DNA from: Candidatus Thorarchaeota archaeon
GTDB taxonomy: Archaea; Asgardarchaeota; Thorarchaeia; Thorarchaeales; Thorarchaeaceae
Direction of reading: 5' to 3'
Assembly: GCA_003345555.1 (NCBI GenBank)
Contig: PRDJ01000081.1
Span: 1-19,224 of the forward strand
DNA length: 19,224 nt
Each line of letters begins with the position of its first letter. Positions within the stretch are counted from its first letter, which is position 1. A program made the translations under genes and the position numbers. Positions 1 to 8,103 of the stretch are shown here, one piece after another. A model generated the notes under the pieces. That model saw nothing but the letters and a program-made list of their open reading frames with translations. It did no database searches and was not told where the DNA came from.

Positions 1-2
1 GA

Positions 3-347
3 AAGGACCTCGTCCTTACGGTATTCACCGATTCAATGTCGATGTACCAGTCAAGGCTCAAAGAAGCCAAAGAGACACATGGAGCCTACTCGGAGAGAGA
101 TGCTATCAAGGACTATCACAGACATCTGATGGGACAGAAGACAGATGCCATGACGGAACTTACTTTCCCCGACAGAAAGCGCGTTCACCATCTGAAGTAC
201 TTCACATGGATTGAGCAGCAGATGTTTGACATCGACGAATTGAACCGTCAGTGGCATGATGAGGCATATTGGGCCTGCATACAGCAGCTAACACCTAAGA
301 TCGACCAGCTGATATCTGAGTTCAATGAACGTGTCGGCTCGGTTTGA
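3..347 (+). CDS. C-terminal part of a PLP-dependent (fold type II, cysteine/threonine synthase-like) enzyme; 5' truncated by the window edge
   Basis: The frame is open from base 3 (KDLVLTVFTDSMSMYQSRL...), so ATG 36 is internal. TDSMxxYQSRL, DRKRxHxLKYxTWIEQQ and ELNxQW...YW resemble the C-terminus of a PALP-family subgroup I recall from anaerobes. The catalytic Lys is outside the window. Confidence 0.6.
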   Translation, partial: KDLVLTVFTDSMSMYQSRLKEAKETHGAYSERDAIKDYHRHLMGQKTDAMTELTFPDRKRVHHLKYFTWIEQQMFDIDELNRQWHDEAYWACIQQLTPKIDQLISEFNERVGSV

Positions 348-524
348 GGTGAAGATGCAGGTAGGCAAAGGGCTCGTCACCGGCTCCTGTCATCGGGAGC
401 ATACATTTGTGTATAGAGAGAGCTAAGATTGGACTCAATTGCCCGCAGCATCGCTATGGCGCCCTGTCCGTACAGCGAGCTGCCCTGATCTTGTTTAGCC
501 AAGAACTGGCGTCTCACAAACCAG

Positions 525-1190
525 CTAGCCGACTGCACTCGTGGCAAGAAGAAAAACGAACATCACCAAAGCCGTACAGATTCCCGCCAACAGTGTGACT
601 ACGCCGAAAACCCAGACGTCCTTTCCTGAAATCCGTCCAAGGAACACCCCCAAGAGCGCAAGAACTACCATGCAGATTGCCACTGCCAAGTCAAACCCAA
701 CACTAGAATCGAGAAGGCCAACGGAGGCAAGAACCAATGGAAACATGATTGCGGAGGCCGCCAACAGGGGCGCGATACCATCGACAGCCGCTATGACCAG
801 TGATGTCGTCTGAACTGCATCCTCATAGCTCGACATGCTCTGCTGGGACTGCTTGGCCTTTTGCATCTCATCGACTTCGCGATTGCGCTCTGCCGTTTCT
901 GCAAGATAGGCTCCACTGAAACCCGAAATAGCCATGGCTGTGCTCGTGCCCATTGCGGCCAGTAGTGTTGTGCTCAATGCTGTCCGGGGAGCAAGTACTG
1001 CCATTGAGGCCAAACCTGCAAGTAACAGGCCCAGCATAGTGAGTGCACCGTCGAAGGCGTTTATGACGAAGTACCGTCTGGCTATTTCGACGCCCTCTGT
1101 GATTTCTAATGCCCTTCTGACACGGCCCATGAGAGTTCCTTCGGCGGCAGTCAATTGCTGATCATCAGGCTGGCTGTCGTCATTCTGCAA
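525..1190 (-). CDS. VIT1/CCC1-family (archaeal TIGR00267-like) Fe/Mn transporter
   Basis: ARRYFVINAFDGALTMLG matches the family's N-terminal DG motif, AISGFSGAYLAETAE is the second motif, and there are about 5 hydrophobic segments. Start is either TTG 1190 or ATG 1130. Confidence 0.85.
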   Translation of the reverse strand: MQNDDSQPDDQQLTAAEGTLMGRVRRALEITEGVEIARRYFVINAFDGALTMLGLLLAGLASMAVLAPRTALSTTLLAAMGTSTAMAISGFSGAYLAETAERNREVDEMQKAKQSQQSMSSYEDAVQTTSLVIAAVDGIAPLLAASAIMFPLVLASVGLLDSSVGFDLAVAICMVVLALLGVFLGRISGKDVWVFGVVTLLAGICTALVMFVFLLATSAVG

Positions 1191-1234
1191 TTATATCAAA
1201 ACCCTGTTAACAACTATGCGTCTCTCTGTGCATG

Positions 1235-1244
1235 ATAATATAAA
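1235..1244 (-). promoter_or_regulatory. Candidate TATA box for the VIT1/CCC1 gene
   Basis: TTTATATTAT on the minus strand, about 45-55 nt upstream of TTG 1190, in otherwise GC-balanced DNA. Confidence 0.4.
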
Positions 1245-1337
1245 CACGCCCGTACAGCCCACCAAAGACGCCCGCTCTTTCTGTCGATTCATCATACCTG
1301 CTTGCCTTTCCTTCCTTGGGGATCAGAACCTGACTCG

Positions 1338-2777
1338 TCAGCCGCTCAGGCGACTCTCTTTGATTCTGTAGTACTGACAAACTCTCGACAATGCGCCCAC
1401 AGCCTCACTCATGTTCCTGAACACAGGCAGACCCTCATTGACGAATGTATTCCATGTCGCAGTTCTCTGTTCAGGGTAAGCCACCTCCGGAACTGCAACG
1501 AGAACGGGCTTGTGATGCGTCTCGACCACTTCTCTCGCGGCCTTTGCCAATGACCTCCAGAAGTCCGGCATCACATCGAGCGCGTCCATGATAGTGGCGA
1601 TTTGGTGAATGTTGTGTACATCCGCTTCAACGATGACGGAATCGAAAGCAGGGTCTGCCCCGACGAGCCTGATTACCTCAGATGTTGTCTGATCCTGATA
1701 GTAGTCCGCCGCCATATCCACGGGGTTCCCGAGCCCTGTTCCTACGTCCTTAATGATCTCTCTCAGTCTCGTGACAGTGTCGTCTGAGGTTCGAGGAACC
1801 TTCAGTCCTCGCTCTATGCAGAGGTCCGTGTAGATAACACTGGTTCCACCGCTTATCGTGACCATCCCTACACTGTTGCTGCGAGCAACCGGGCATTTGG
1901 AAAACACGCTGAGAGTCGCTAATAGATCCTCCAGCGTTGTGACCGTGGGCACATTCGCCTGTCTGAACGCTGCCGCCCAGAGCTCGCTGTTCCCTGCCAG
2001 AGCTCCCGTGTGCGAAGAAACAACGCGGGTTCCCTCCTGAGACCGCCCGCCCTTAAGGACGACAATCGGTTTCTTTGCCGCGAACCGCTTTAGCGACTCG
2101 ACCAGAGGTCTCCCATCCTTGGCACCCTCGAGGTAGGCTCCGACGGCTTCGGTTTCGCTGTCGGTCTCAAAGTAGTCGAGAATCTCAGAAGCAGTGATAT
2201 CTATCTGATTGCCAAAGCTGAAGACCTTGCTGAAGCCGATGCCGGATTCGACGCCGCCTGTGTATGTCGCAATGGCGACTCCGCCTGATTGGGACAGAAA
2301 CCCAACATTCCCCGGACCTCTCTTCACGGTAGGCATGAATGCAAAGCCGAGCTTGGGGTAGAGAAGACCCATACAATTCGGGCCTAAGACTCTCATTGGT
2401 AGGCTTTGGATTATTTGTGCAAGTTCTCTCTCCCTCTGCCTTCCTTCTTCTGTGCCAAGTTCAGAGTAGCCACTCGTGAATATCGTCGCCCCTCTGGCAC
2501 CCTTGGTTGCACACTCTTTGACAATGTCGGCAACGTACTTGTAGGGTACTGAGATGATTGCATAGTCAATCTTCTCAGGCACTTCTGAAAGACTCTGGTA
2601 GACTTTCCGTCCGAGTGCCTCTTGCTCTCCTTTCGACACGAGCCAGAGCTTTAAGTCGTGAGGCCACTGAATCATGGAATGGACCCAAAAGTATCCCATT
2701 CTTGAGGATACGCCAACAATCGCCACGGACTTGATTTTCAATACGTCAGCAATTGTGGGTCTCGCTCGCGTACTCAT
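1338..2777 (-). CDS. NDP-forming acyl-CoA synthetase (acetate-CoA ligase) alpha subunit: CoA-binding plus ligase-CoA domains
   Basis: SVAIVGVS CoA-binding start, IFTSGYSE, RVLGPNCMG, SQSGG, FSFGNQID, LKGGRS, phospho-His motif SHTGALAG, GNPVD. GGAGA RBS upstream. No ATP-grasp domain. Confidence 0.92.
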   Translation of the reverse strand: MSTRARPTIADVLKIKSVAIVGVSSRMGYFWVHSMIQWPHDLKLWLVSKGEQEALGRKVYQSLSEVPEKIDYAIISVPYKYVADIVKECATKGARGATIFTSGYSELGTEEGRQRERELAQIIQSLPMRVLGPNCMGLLYPKLGFAFMPTVKRGPGNVGFLSQSGGVAIATYTGGVESGIGFSKVFSFGNQIDITASEILDYFETDSETEAVGAYLEGAKDGRPLVESLKRFAAKKPIVVLKGGRSQEGTRVVSSHTGALAGNSELWAAAFRQANVPTVTTLEDLLATLSVFSKCPVARSNSVGMVTISGGTSVIYTDLCIERGLKVPRTSDDTVTRLREIIKDVGTGLGNPVDMAADYYQDQTTSEVIRLVGADPAFDSVIVEADVHNIHQIATIMDALDVMPDFWRSLAKAAREVVETHHKPVLVAVPEVAYPEQRTATWNTFVNEGLPVFRNMSEAVGALSRVCQYYRIKESRLSG

Positions 2778-2880
2778 CTTAATCTCTCCGGATTCCGCTG
2801 CGGCGGGATGTGGGCATGATTTAACTGTACCGAAAGATTAGACTCACTGCAGGCGGACAGAATCGCCGCTCAACCCATTG

Positions 2881-2888
2881 ATTTAATA
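2881..2888 (+). promoter_or_regulatory. Candidate TATA box for the GT-C gene
   Basis: ATTTAATA about 20-26 nt upstream of the GTG 2908 / ATG 2914 starts. Confidence 0.35.
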
Positions 2889-2907
2889 CCCCGAGCCCTG
2901 GGAGGCC

Positions 2908-4062
2908 GTGGAAATGTCAGAACAACTCTGTCTGGCAGCAGTGTTTCGCCGTTACGGGAAATACATCATCCTGTCCTTGCTGATATCACTGATGCTTGTG
3001 CCCGTGGCGGACGCTATGATTATTCAGCGTGACCGCAACAGGGATATGGTCTACGGACAGCTGTTCTGGCAACTGGGTCTAGGGGTCTATAATATCAGTG
3101 ATCATGACCTCAACGTGACATATCATGCGCCTGCAGACCACATGCTGACCGGCGTGCTGAACGTCACTTACGAGTACCCCCTCGTAACCCTGCTTTTCTA
3201 TGCTCTTTTGGCAGCGATTGAGCCCGGGATCTACGGTCCTAGCCACTACATCGCAAACGTTGTGCTCGTTCTTCTCGTCAATCTGAATGCACTCATGTTT
3301 CTGTATCTCTCGCAGGGTTATTGGAACAGACGTTGGCTTTGGCAGCTGTTCGGTGTATACTACTTCTTCGGACTCGTATACGCAGTCGGGTTCGGAAAAA
3401 TCGAGCCTCTAGCTGACGCTTTCATGCTAGGCTCGTTTGTACTCTTCAAGCGGCACTCGCTTTGGAGGGCAAACGCTCTGCTAGGAATTGCCGTTCAGAC
3501 CAAAGTGTACCCGGCAATGGTGTTTCCGGTCTTCTTTGCGGCGGGACCTCTGATGTCACTCGGGTTTGCGGCCTCGCTGATTGCTCTATCCCTTCCTCTG
3601 CTCGCGACTGGCATGGACTACACATCCTTGCTGGCCCATCTGACTAACAATCCGAGCTATGCTGCCATCACGACGAACCCATTCTACGTTGGTCTAGCAT
3701 CCACCAACCCTGTGGCATTGCTGGCGCCTGGAGTTCTCGTGATCACATTTCTGTACTCTGTCCTTGAAACAAGGCCGCTCGGTCGCATACGAATTCCTGC
3801 GCTGAAGCTGAGATCTAGGAACCTAACAGGCTTGTTCATCTTCGGCCTACCATTGGTTCTCATGTTTTTCTCTTGGGTCCTTGTGTGGTACTACACGTGG
3901 TTCGTTCCCTTGGTACTCCTGCTCAAGACACCTGAGGAGATGATGAGGTACAGGTGGATGATCGCTGCGATATGGCTGGCTCACTTTGTGGGCATCGCGC
4001 TCAATCTGGAGTACTTCCTATCCGGTCCGATAGCCGAGTTCTTCGGCCACTTGCGACTCTAG
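2908..4062 (+). CDS. Polytopic GT-C superfamily glycosyltransferase (GT87/DUF2029 or PIG-M-like; lipid-phosphate-sugar dependent)
   Basis: About 9-10 hydrophobic segments. First extracytoplasmic loop has D-x-V-Y...G-x-x-x-Y, a DxD (DHD) and TYEYPL. Later motifs are GKIEPL and LGIAVQTKVYP (the KxYP motif of GT87/PIG-M). ATG 2914 lies 8 nt after GGAGG and may be the real start. Confidence 0.65.
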   Translation: MEMSEQLCLAAVFRRYGKYIILSLLISLMLVPVADAMIIQRDRNRDMVYGQLFWQLGLGVYNISDHDLNVTYHAPADHMLTGVLNVTYEYPLVTLLFYALLAAIEPGIYGPSHYIANVVLVLLVNLNALMFLYLSQGYWNRRWLWQLFGVYYFFGLVYAVGFGKIEPLADAFMLGSFVLFKRHSLWRANALLGIAVQTKVYPAMVFPVFFAAGPLMSLGFAASLIALSLPLLATGMDYTSLLAHLTNNPSYAAITTNPFYVGLASTNPVALLAPGVLVITFLYSVLETRPLGRIRIPALKLRSRNLTGLFIFGLPLVLMFFSWVLVWYYTWFVPLVLLLKTPEEMMRYRWMIAAIWLAHFVGIALNLEYFLSGPIAEFFGHLRL

Positions 4063-4140
4063 CCTCATCCGTATTCACACCATGAGGCCTTCTGACGGCT
4101 GGACTGGAGAACCGAAGAAGCCCAACGGACAACCCGGCCT

Positions 4141-4317
4141 TCAGGTTGAGTAGAAGCATCTCTTGGGAGACTTGAGCTTGCCCTCTTTCATGAGAACCGA
4201 CACAATCTTGGTTACTTCGGCATTTGTCAGACCAGTGGCCGCTGCTATCTCTCCAGCCTTCATCGGCTTACCTGCGTCCTTGATCGTCTTGTAGACCTTC
4301 GAGGATTTATCTTCCAT
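4141..4317 (-). CDS. Small winged-helix DNA-binding protein, 58 aa (absent from the supplied ORF track)
   Basis: My translation: MEDKSSKVYKTIKDAGKPMKAGEIAAATGLTNAEVTKIVSVLMKEGKLKSPKRCFYST*. It shows the wHTH pattern (VY..I...GKPM.A.EIA..TGL....V......L.KEG.L) and the SPKRC[FY] wing of a known family of tiny prokaryotic HTH proteins. AGGA lies upstream of the ATG. Confidence 0.85.
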   Translation of the reverse strand: MEDKSSKVYKTIKDAGKPMKAGEIAAATGLTNAEVTKIVSVLMKEGKLKSPKRCFYST

Positions 4318-4351
4318 GGCTTTTTCCTATCGTTGATTGTCAGAGTCCGGG

Positions 4352-4360
4352 GATAAATAT
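4352..4360. promoter_or_regulatory. Candidate TATA-like element between the divergent wHTH and PIN genes
   Basis: GATAAATAT (ATATTTATC on the minus strand) is the only strongly AT-rich box in the 260-nt divergent intergenic region, about 35-40 nt upstream of the wHTH ATG. Confidence 0.35.
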
Positions 4361-4371
4361 CTTACAAACAG

Positions 4372-4386
4372 GCGGCATCATGCCGC
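4372..4386. repeat. Perfect 7-1-7 inverted repeat (operator-like)
   Basis: GCGGCAT-C-ATGCCGC, read directly from the sequence. Confidence 0.6.
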
Positions 4387-4577
4387 TCCTCAAGATATGA
4401 GCTTGGCCAAACGCGGCCAACGTCTCGAACACCGGTACCCACTTAGCCTGAAACACAGGGTCGTACGTTATGCGCAATCGGAACCTTTTTCCATAGGTAG
4501 AAGGCTCCTTCCTGAGCAGTCATAGCCGCAACAGAAAACCGAAACAGAATCAGCGACTTACGGAGCGGAACAGAAGC

Positions 4578-6401
4578 ATGCGTGTATACCTTGATGCGAA
4601 TTTCTTCATAAGTGGTTTCAGTGAAAGACCAAAGGACGTACAGCTCATCAAGGAGGCATGTGACCGCACTGGTATGGAAGTATGGATGACACGTCAGGTC
4701 TTCCAAGAGCTCAGATGGTACCTGCGGCGCGAGGTAGAGCAGATTGTTCAGATTGATGAGACTCTTATGAAAGATATCAAGGCATTTCTTGAAAGCTTCC
4801 AGAAACCGGAGACCGCATTGCCGCAGCCAAATGATATGTCCATGGTTCTAGCCGCAATAAGGGCCAAGCAGGCACGAATCGTAACTAGTGATTTGAAACT
4901 GCTAAATACAATACAGGATTTCAAGTTGGAAGTAGAGGGAATAGTCGGGTCCGCCTTTGTCCTTGAGCTGATTGAGTCCACAGAAGATCCTCAAGAGAAG
5001 AAGAAGCTTGAGCCAATCCGCGATAGGATCTATGCTGAAGAAGTCAGGTACAGCATATCTAGGCAGCAGACCTACGACCCTGTTACAAGAATCCGCATTA
5101 TTGAGGACCATGCCATGAAAGTCATGCGCACAGTCAGGCGGCCATCAAGCGGACTTGACAAGAAACTGTCTAAGGGACAATCACTGTTTGTCCTCGATTT
5201 TCTCGAAGATATTAAAGCGGGAATACCTGCAATGTTTGACGATTTCAGAGAAGGCAAGTACGACGCACTAGCTGACGAAATCGACGCTGTCCAGAACGAA
5301 ATCGAGCGGCTGCTGATTGTTTCGACGCTCACGGATGATGCTGAGACGCACAAGAAACTGGTCGAGCATGCATCTGACCTTACGCTGTTCCTATACTATC
5401 TTGAAATGATCTGTCATCTGTACAGGGGAACCCGGCAAGGCGTTGAGGATGCTCTCGCTCTCAGCGAAGAAGCATTCAGGCTCTTGATGTTCGCATCCGT
5501 TTCAAACGATGAACTGAAGGCCTCTGCGTTCTTCGTGAGAATAGTGCTCGCTATTATTCGCCAGGACTATCAGGAGATTGACTATTTCTACTCTCTCTAC
5601 GACAGCATGTTAGAGCGGCTCGGGCTCGAGGACATGAAGGCGACGTCAGAAGGGCTCTATGTTACCATGCAGATACTGCGCAAGTTCATGGGCGGATTCT
5701 CACTGTCGAAGAGCAAGCTGCAGTACCCCGACGCCACAGTATCAATGTTGAACGACTTGGCGAAGTACTATTGCCAGTTCGACGAGCACGACACTGCATG
5801 GCAGATGTCAGTCAATGCCTACAAGATCGGTATAGCGTATGGCAAGGAAGAGGGAGCTCTCTCTTCCTTTCTGATGCTATACAAAATATCTTCCTCATCC
5901 GGGGACAAACTGAAGTCAAGCCTTGAGAAGATAGCAGAACATGCCCTGAAGCTCTTTGTCAAAAAAGGCTGGAGCACATCTGAGATTACGCCAATCCTAA
6001 ACGAAATTCAAGGTAACTACCCTCAGGTCGAAGTTGCAGTATCTTCAGACCCAGTTGACTTCAAGGACTTGTCTCAGGAGCTCACTGGTTGGATGGACGT
6101 GCTCTCCGTTCAGAATGTGGGTGGAGTCGACACGCTGATAGCCAGAAACAACAAGCTTCACATTCGGGTTGGAGTCGTCATCACGGACCGTCCTGAACTC
6201 AGGACACTGAAAACTGGACACAAGGTCGCTCTCGCTAGAGGAAAGTTCAAAGTTGAAAAGGCTGGTTCCGCCGCATTGCGCGACTACTCAATCATGTTTG
6301 TCATTACACCCAGCGAAGGCTCTGAGATTTCCTACGAAGGAGAGTATGGCTTCAGTTACCTTAGAATAGCGCAGCCCGAAGCCAAGGAGATACCGTCATA
6401 G
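4578..6401 (+). CDS. 607-aa protein: N-terminal PIN nuclease domain, long alpha-helical middle region, beta-rich C-terminal domain
   Basis: RVYLDAN, T..VFQEL, PQPND and IVTSD place acidic residues at D6, E44, D86 and D105, the PIN tetrad. The rest is not recognised. Confidence 0.75.
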   Translation: MRVYLDANFFISGFSERPKDVQLIKEACDRTGMEVWMTRQVFQELRWYLRREVEQIVQIDETLMKDIKAFLESFQKPETALPQPNDMSMVLAAIRAKQARIVTSDLKLLNTIQDFKLEVEGIVGSAFVLELIESTEDPQEKKKLEPIRDRIYAEEVRYSISRQQTYDPVTRIRIIEDHAMKVMRTVRRPSSGLDKKLSKGQSLFVLDFLEDIKAGIPAMFDDFREGKYDALADEIDAVQNEIERLLIVSTLTDDAETHKKLVEHASDLTLFLYYLEMICHLYRGTRQGVEDALALSEEAFRLLMFASVSNDELKASAFFVRIVLAIIRQDYQEIDYFYSLYDSMLERLGLEDMKATSEGLYVTMQILRKFMGGFSLSKSKLQYPDATVSMLNDLAKYYCQFDEHDTAWQMSVNAYKIGIAYGKEEGALSSFLMLYKISSSSGDKLKSSLEKIAEHALKLFVKKGWSTSEITPILNEIQGNYPQVEVAVSSDPVDFKDLSQELTGWMDVLSVQNVGGVDTLIARNNKLHIRVGVVITDRPELRTLKTGHKVALARGKFKVEKAGSAALRDYSIMFVITPSEGSEISYEGEYGFSYLRIAQPEAKEIPS

Positions 6402-6413
6402 GACTTGTGAACA

Positions 6414-6842
6414 ATGGATCCTGTTGCACTCGTCATCGTATTGACTGGCATATCCCTTGCAGGCCTATTCAACTACATACTCAACCGGGCCGCTGGTGCA
6501 GAACCAGAGGATTTTGAAATCGGCCCCAACGGGATGGGAATCCGATGCGATTGTTTCATGAACGTTATCATCATTGCCGCCATTGCCGTGCTGGCAATGG
6601 CCCTTTCATCGGCCGCCTTTTCGTCTCGACTGGAATTGTATGTCACGGCAACTCTTGCTTTCGTCGCAATTGCTCTTTCTGGCCTCTTGGGTAGAAGGCG
6701 CAGGTACAATGAGTGGAGAGAGATGGAAGACATTCTAGAGCGAGTCGTGCCCGGCGACTATCTTGACATGACAGAAGAGGATATGGTGGATGTCCGATCT
6801 GATGACGACGATGAAGATTACGACGACGACACACAATTCTAG
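6414..6842 (+). CDS. Small membrane protein with about 3 TM helices and a very acidic C-terminal tail
   Basis: Three hydrophobic stretches, an RRRR stop-transfer, and a tail ending DDDDEDYDDDTQF. It starts 12 nt after the PIN gene. Confidence 0.75.
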   Translation: MDPVALVIVLTGISLAGLFNYILNRAAGAEPEDFEIGPNGMGIRCDCFMNVIIIAAIAVLAMALSSAAFSSRLELYVTATLAFVAIALSGLLGRRRRYNEWREMEDILERVVPGDYLDMTEEDMVDVRSDDDDEDYDDDTQF

Positions 6843-6954
6843 CCAATCTAAATGGTTAGAGCTCTTGGTCGGCTTATGTGGAATCGGAGACGACAGCAGG
6901 GACGAGCGTTCAACGACCAATACAGTTTAGTCCGGCAATGTCACACAGCAATGC

Positions 6955-8103
6955 GTGCTTATGTCGAATCCTGCTGAAGGACGACTCCATTTGATATACA
7001 AGGTTCTAGTACTAGGGAACCCGCCGTCACTGCAAGCCGGATTCCTGAATCAGGTATCGGGAGGCGGCCTGTCATACCAACTCTATACGGCGTTGGGAAT
7101 CGGAATTGGAGTCGCGAGATTACCTAGCCCAGTCGGAGCCATCACACTTCAGCTCTGGCTGATTCCTTCTCGGAAACGATTTGCCGGTATAACGAGGAGG
7201 TTGATGAGAGGTGCGAATTCATCGATTGTAGTCCTCAGAGAGGAGGAGCTCGGAGCCCTGCATCAGCTCCTGCTTGAACTCACTCCCGAACAACAAGAGT
7301 CACTAATGATTGTCGTAGTGGGCTCACTGCTTGACCGCGAGAGCGTGAAACGCACGGTCGAAGATACTGTATGTAGCCGCTGTGAAATTCATCGTGCCCT
7401 TTCGGCGCAAGATGCACTTCATGCCCTATCGGAAGTCATGACTTCGCGCTTGAACGATGGGTTGCAGCGCGTCACAGTGATGCTCCTAGACGAAAGACAC
7501 TGCCCCGAGTTTCAGTTTCGACCGGACCAAGCGACCCTACCCGTGAATACGAAAGAAGAAAAACGAGAAATCAGGGAGTTTGCGCGTTCACTAGGAATCG
7601 GGGTCTCTGATACTGCCTGCGTCATAAGCCTTCATGAAGGAGTCGCAGAGATGGAACTTGCGACTGGTACGCTTCTTTTTCGCTCTAGGCTTTGCGAAGA
7701 ATGCAAAAGAGGATGTAAGAAGGCGGAGAGGATCTGCATCATAGGTCAAGACAAGGGGTGGTCCAGTCAAGGCATGGGTCCGAGAGCACTTCTAGCCATG
7801 GCAAAGCTTGAAGGACTCAACCGGGGAGAACTCCCGGCGGATGTGAGAGTGCAGATTGATAGAGCCGCTTGTTGCCCCACCTTCGTTCCAATACCCGGGT
7901 CAGAAATCAACGGATCCCGCTCCAAAGTGCGACCATCAAACCGATTGGTTGGCGCAGAACGTCCTACCCTTCTCGAAGAGGCCGAAATCAGAATGAAACA
8001 GGGCAGACTCTCGTCCTCAGTCTACAACATGCTAAAGAGCAAGCTTCAACGAGCCGAAAGTCGGTCTAATCGTCCTGAAGGTGCTGACAATAGATGCCGC
8101 TGA
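6955..8103 (+). CDS. Rab/Ras-fold pseudo-GTPase domain fused to a Cys-rich domain and a SHOCT-like tail
   Basis: IYKVLVLG, ALGIGIG, TLQLWLIPSRKRF, RGANSSIVV, IVVVGSLLD and LSAQ occur in the order and spacing of small-GTPase G1-G5 regions, but the catalytic residues are replaced. CEECKRGC(x6)C and a later CC follow. ATG 6961 is an alternative start. Confidence 0.6.
   Translation: MLMSNPAEGRLHLIYKVLVLGNPPSLQAGFLNQVSGGGLSYQLYTALGIGIGVARLPSPVGAITLQLWLIPSRKRFAGITRRLMRGANSSIVVLREEELGALHQLLLELTPEQQESLMIVVVGSLLDRESVKRTVEDTVCSRCEIHRALSAQDALHALSEVMTSRLNDGLQRVTVMLLDERHCPEFQFRPDQATLPVNTKEEKREIREFARSLGIGVSDTACVISLHEGVAEMELATGTLLFRSRLCEECKRGCKKAERICIIGQDKGWSSQGMGPRALLAMAKLEGLNRGELPADVRVQIDRAACCPTFVPIPGSEINGSRSKVRPSNRLVGAERPTLLEEAEIRMKQGRLSSSVYNMLKSKLQRAESRSNRPEGADNRCR

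Noticed and set aside
345-524. Possible Sec readthrough of the PLP-enzyme TGA, or a SECIS/ncRNA in the convergent intergenic region (GCTCC-8-GGAGC hairpin at 383-400, weak 364-376/476-484 pairing)
   Set aside because: Readthrough adds only a short unremarkable peptide, the protein already ends where I expect the family to end, the stems are 4-5 bp and expected by chance, and no SECIS, 5S or SRP consensus is visible.
1205-1212. TGTTAACA palindrome upstream of the VIT1/CCC1 gene as a metal-regulator box
   Set aside because: Only 8 bp, with no match to a regulator consensus I can support.
1786-1796. GGTTCGA T-loop-like words here and near 18693
   Set aside because: Both lie inside coding regions with no cloverleaf around them.
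4397-4525. 42-aa + strand ORF (MSLAKRG...RYPLSLKHRVVRYAQ) faintly resembling a transposase/Brinker-type HTH start or an antitoxin
   Set aside because: No RBS, no complete HTH, no terminal inverted repeats or transposase remainder. The resemblance covers about 12 residues and could be chance.
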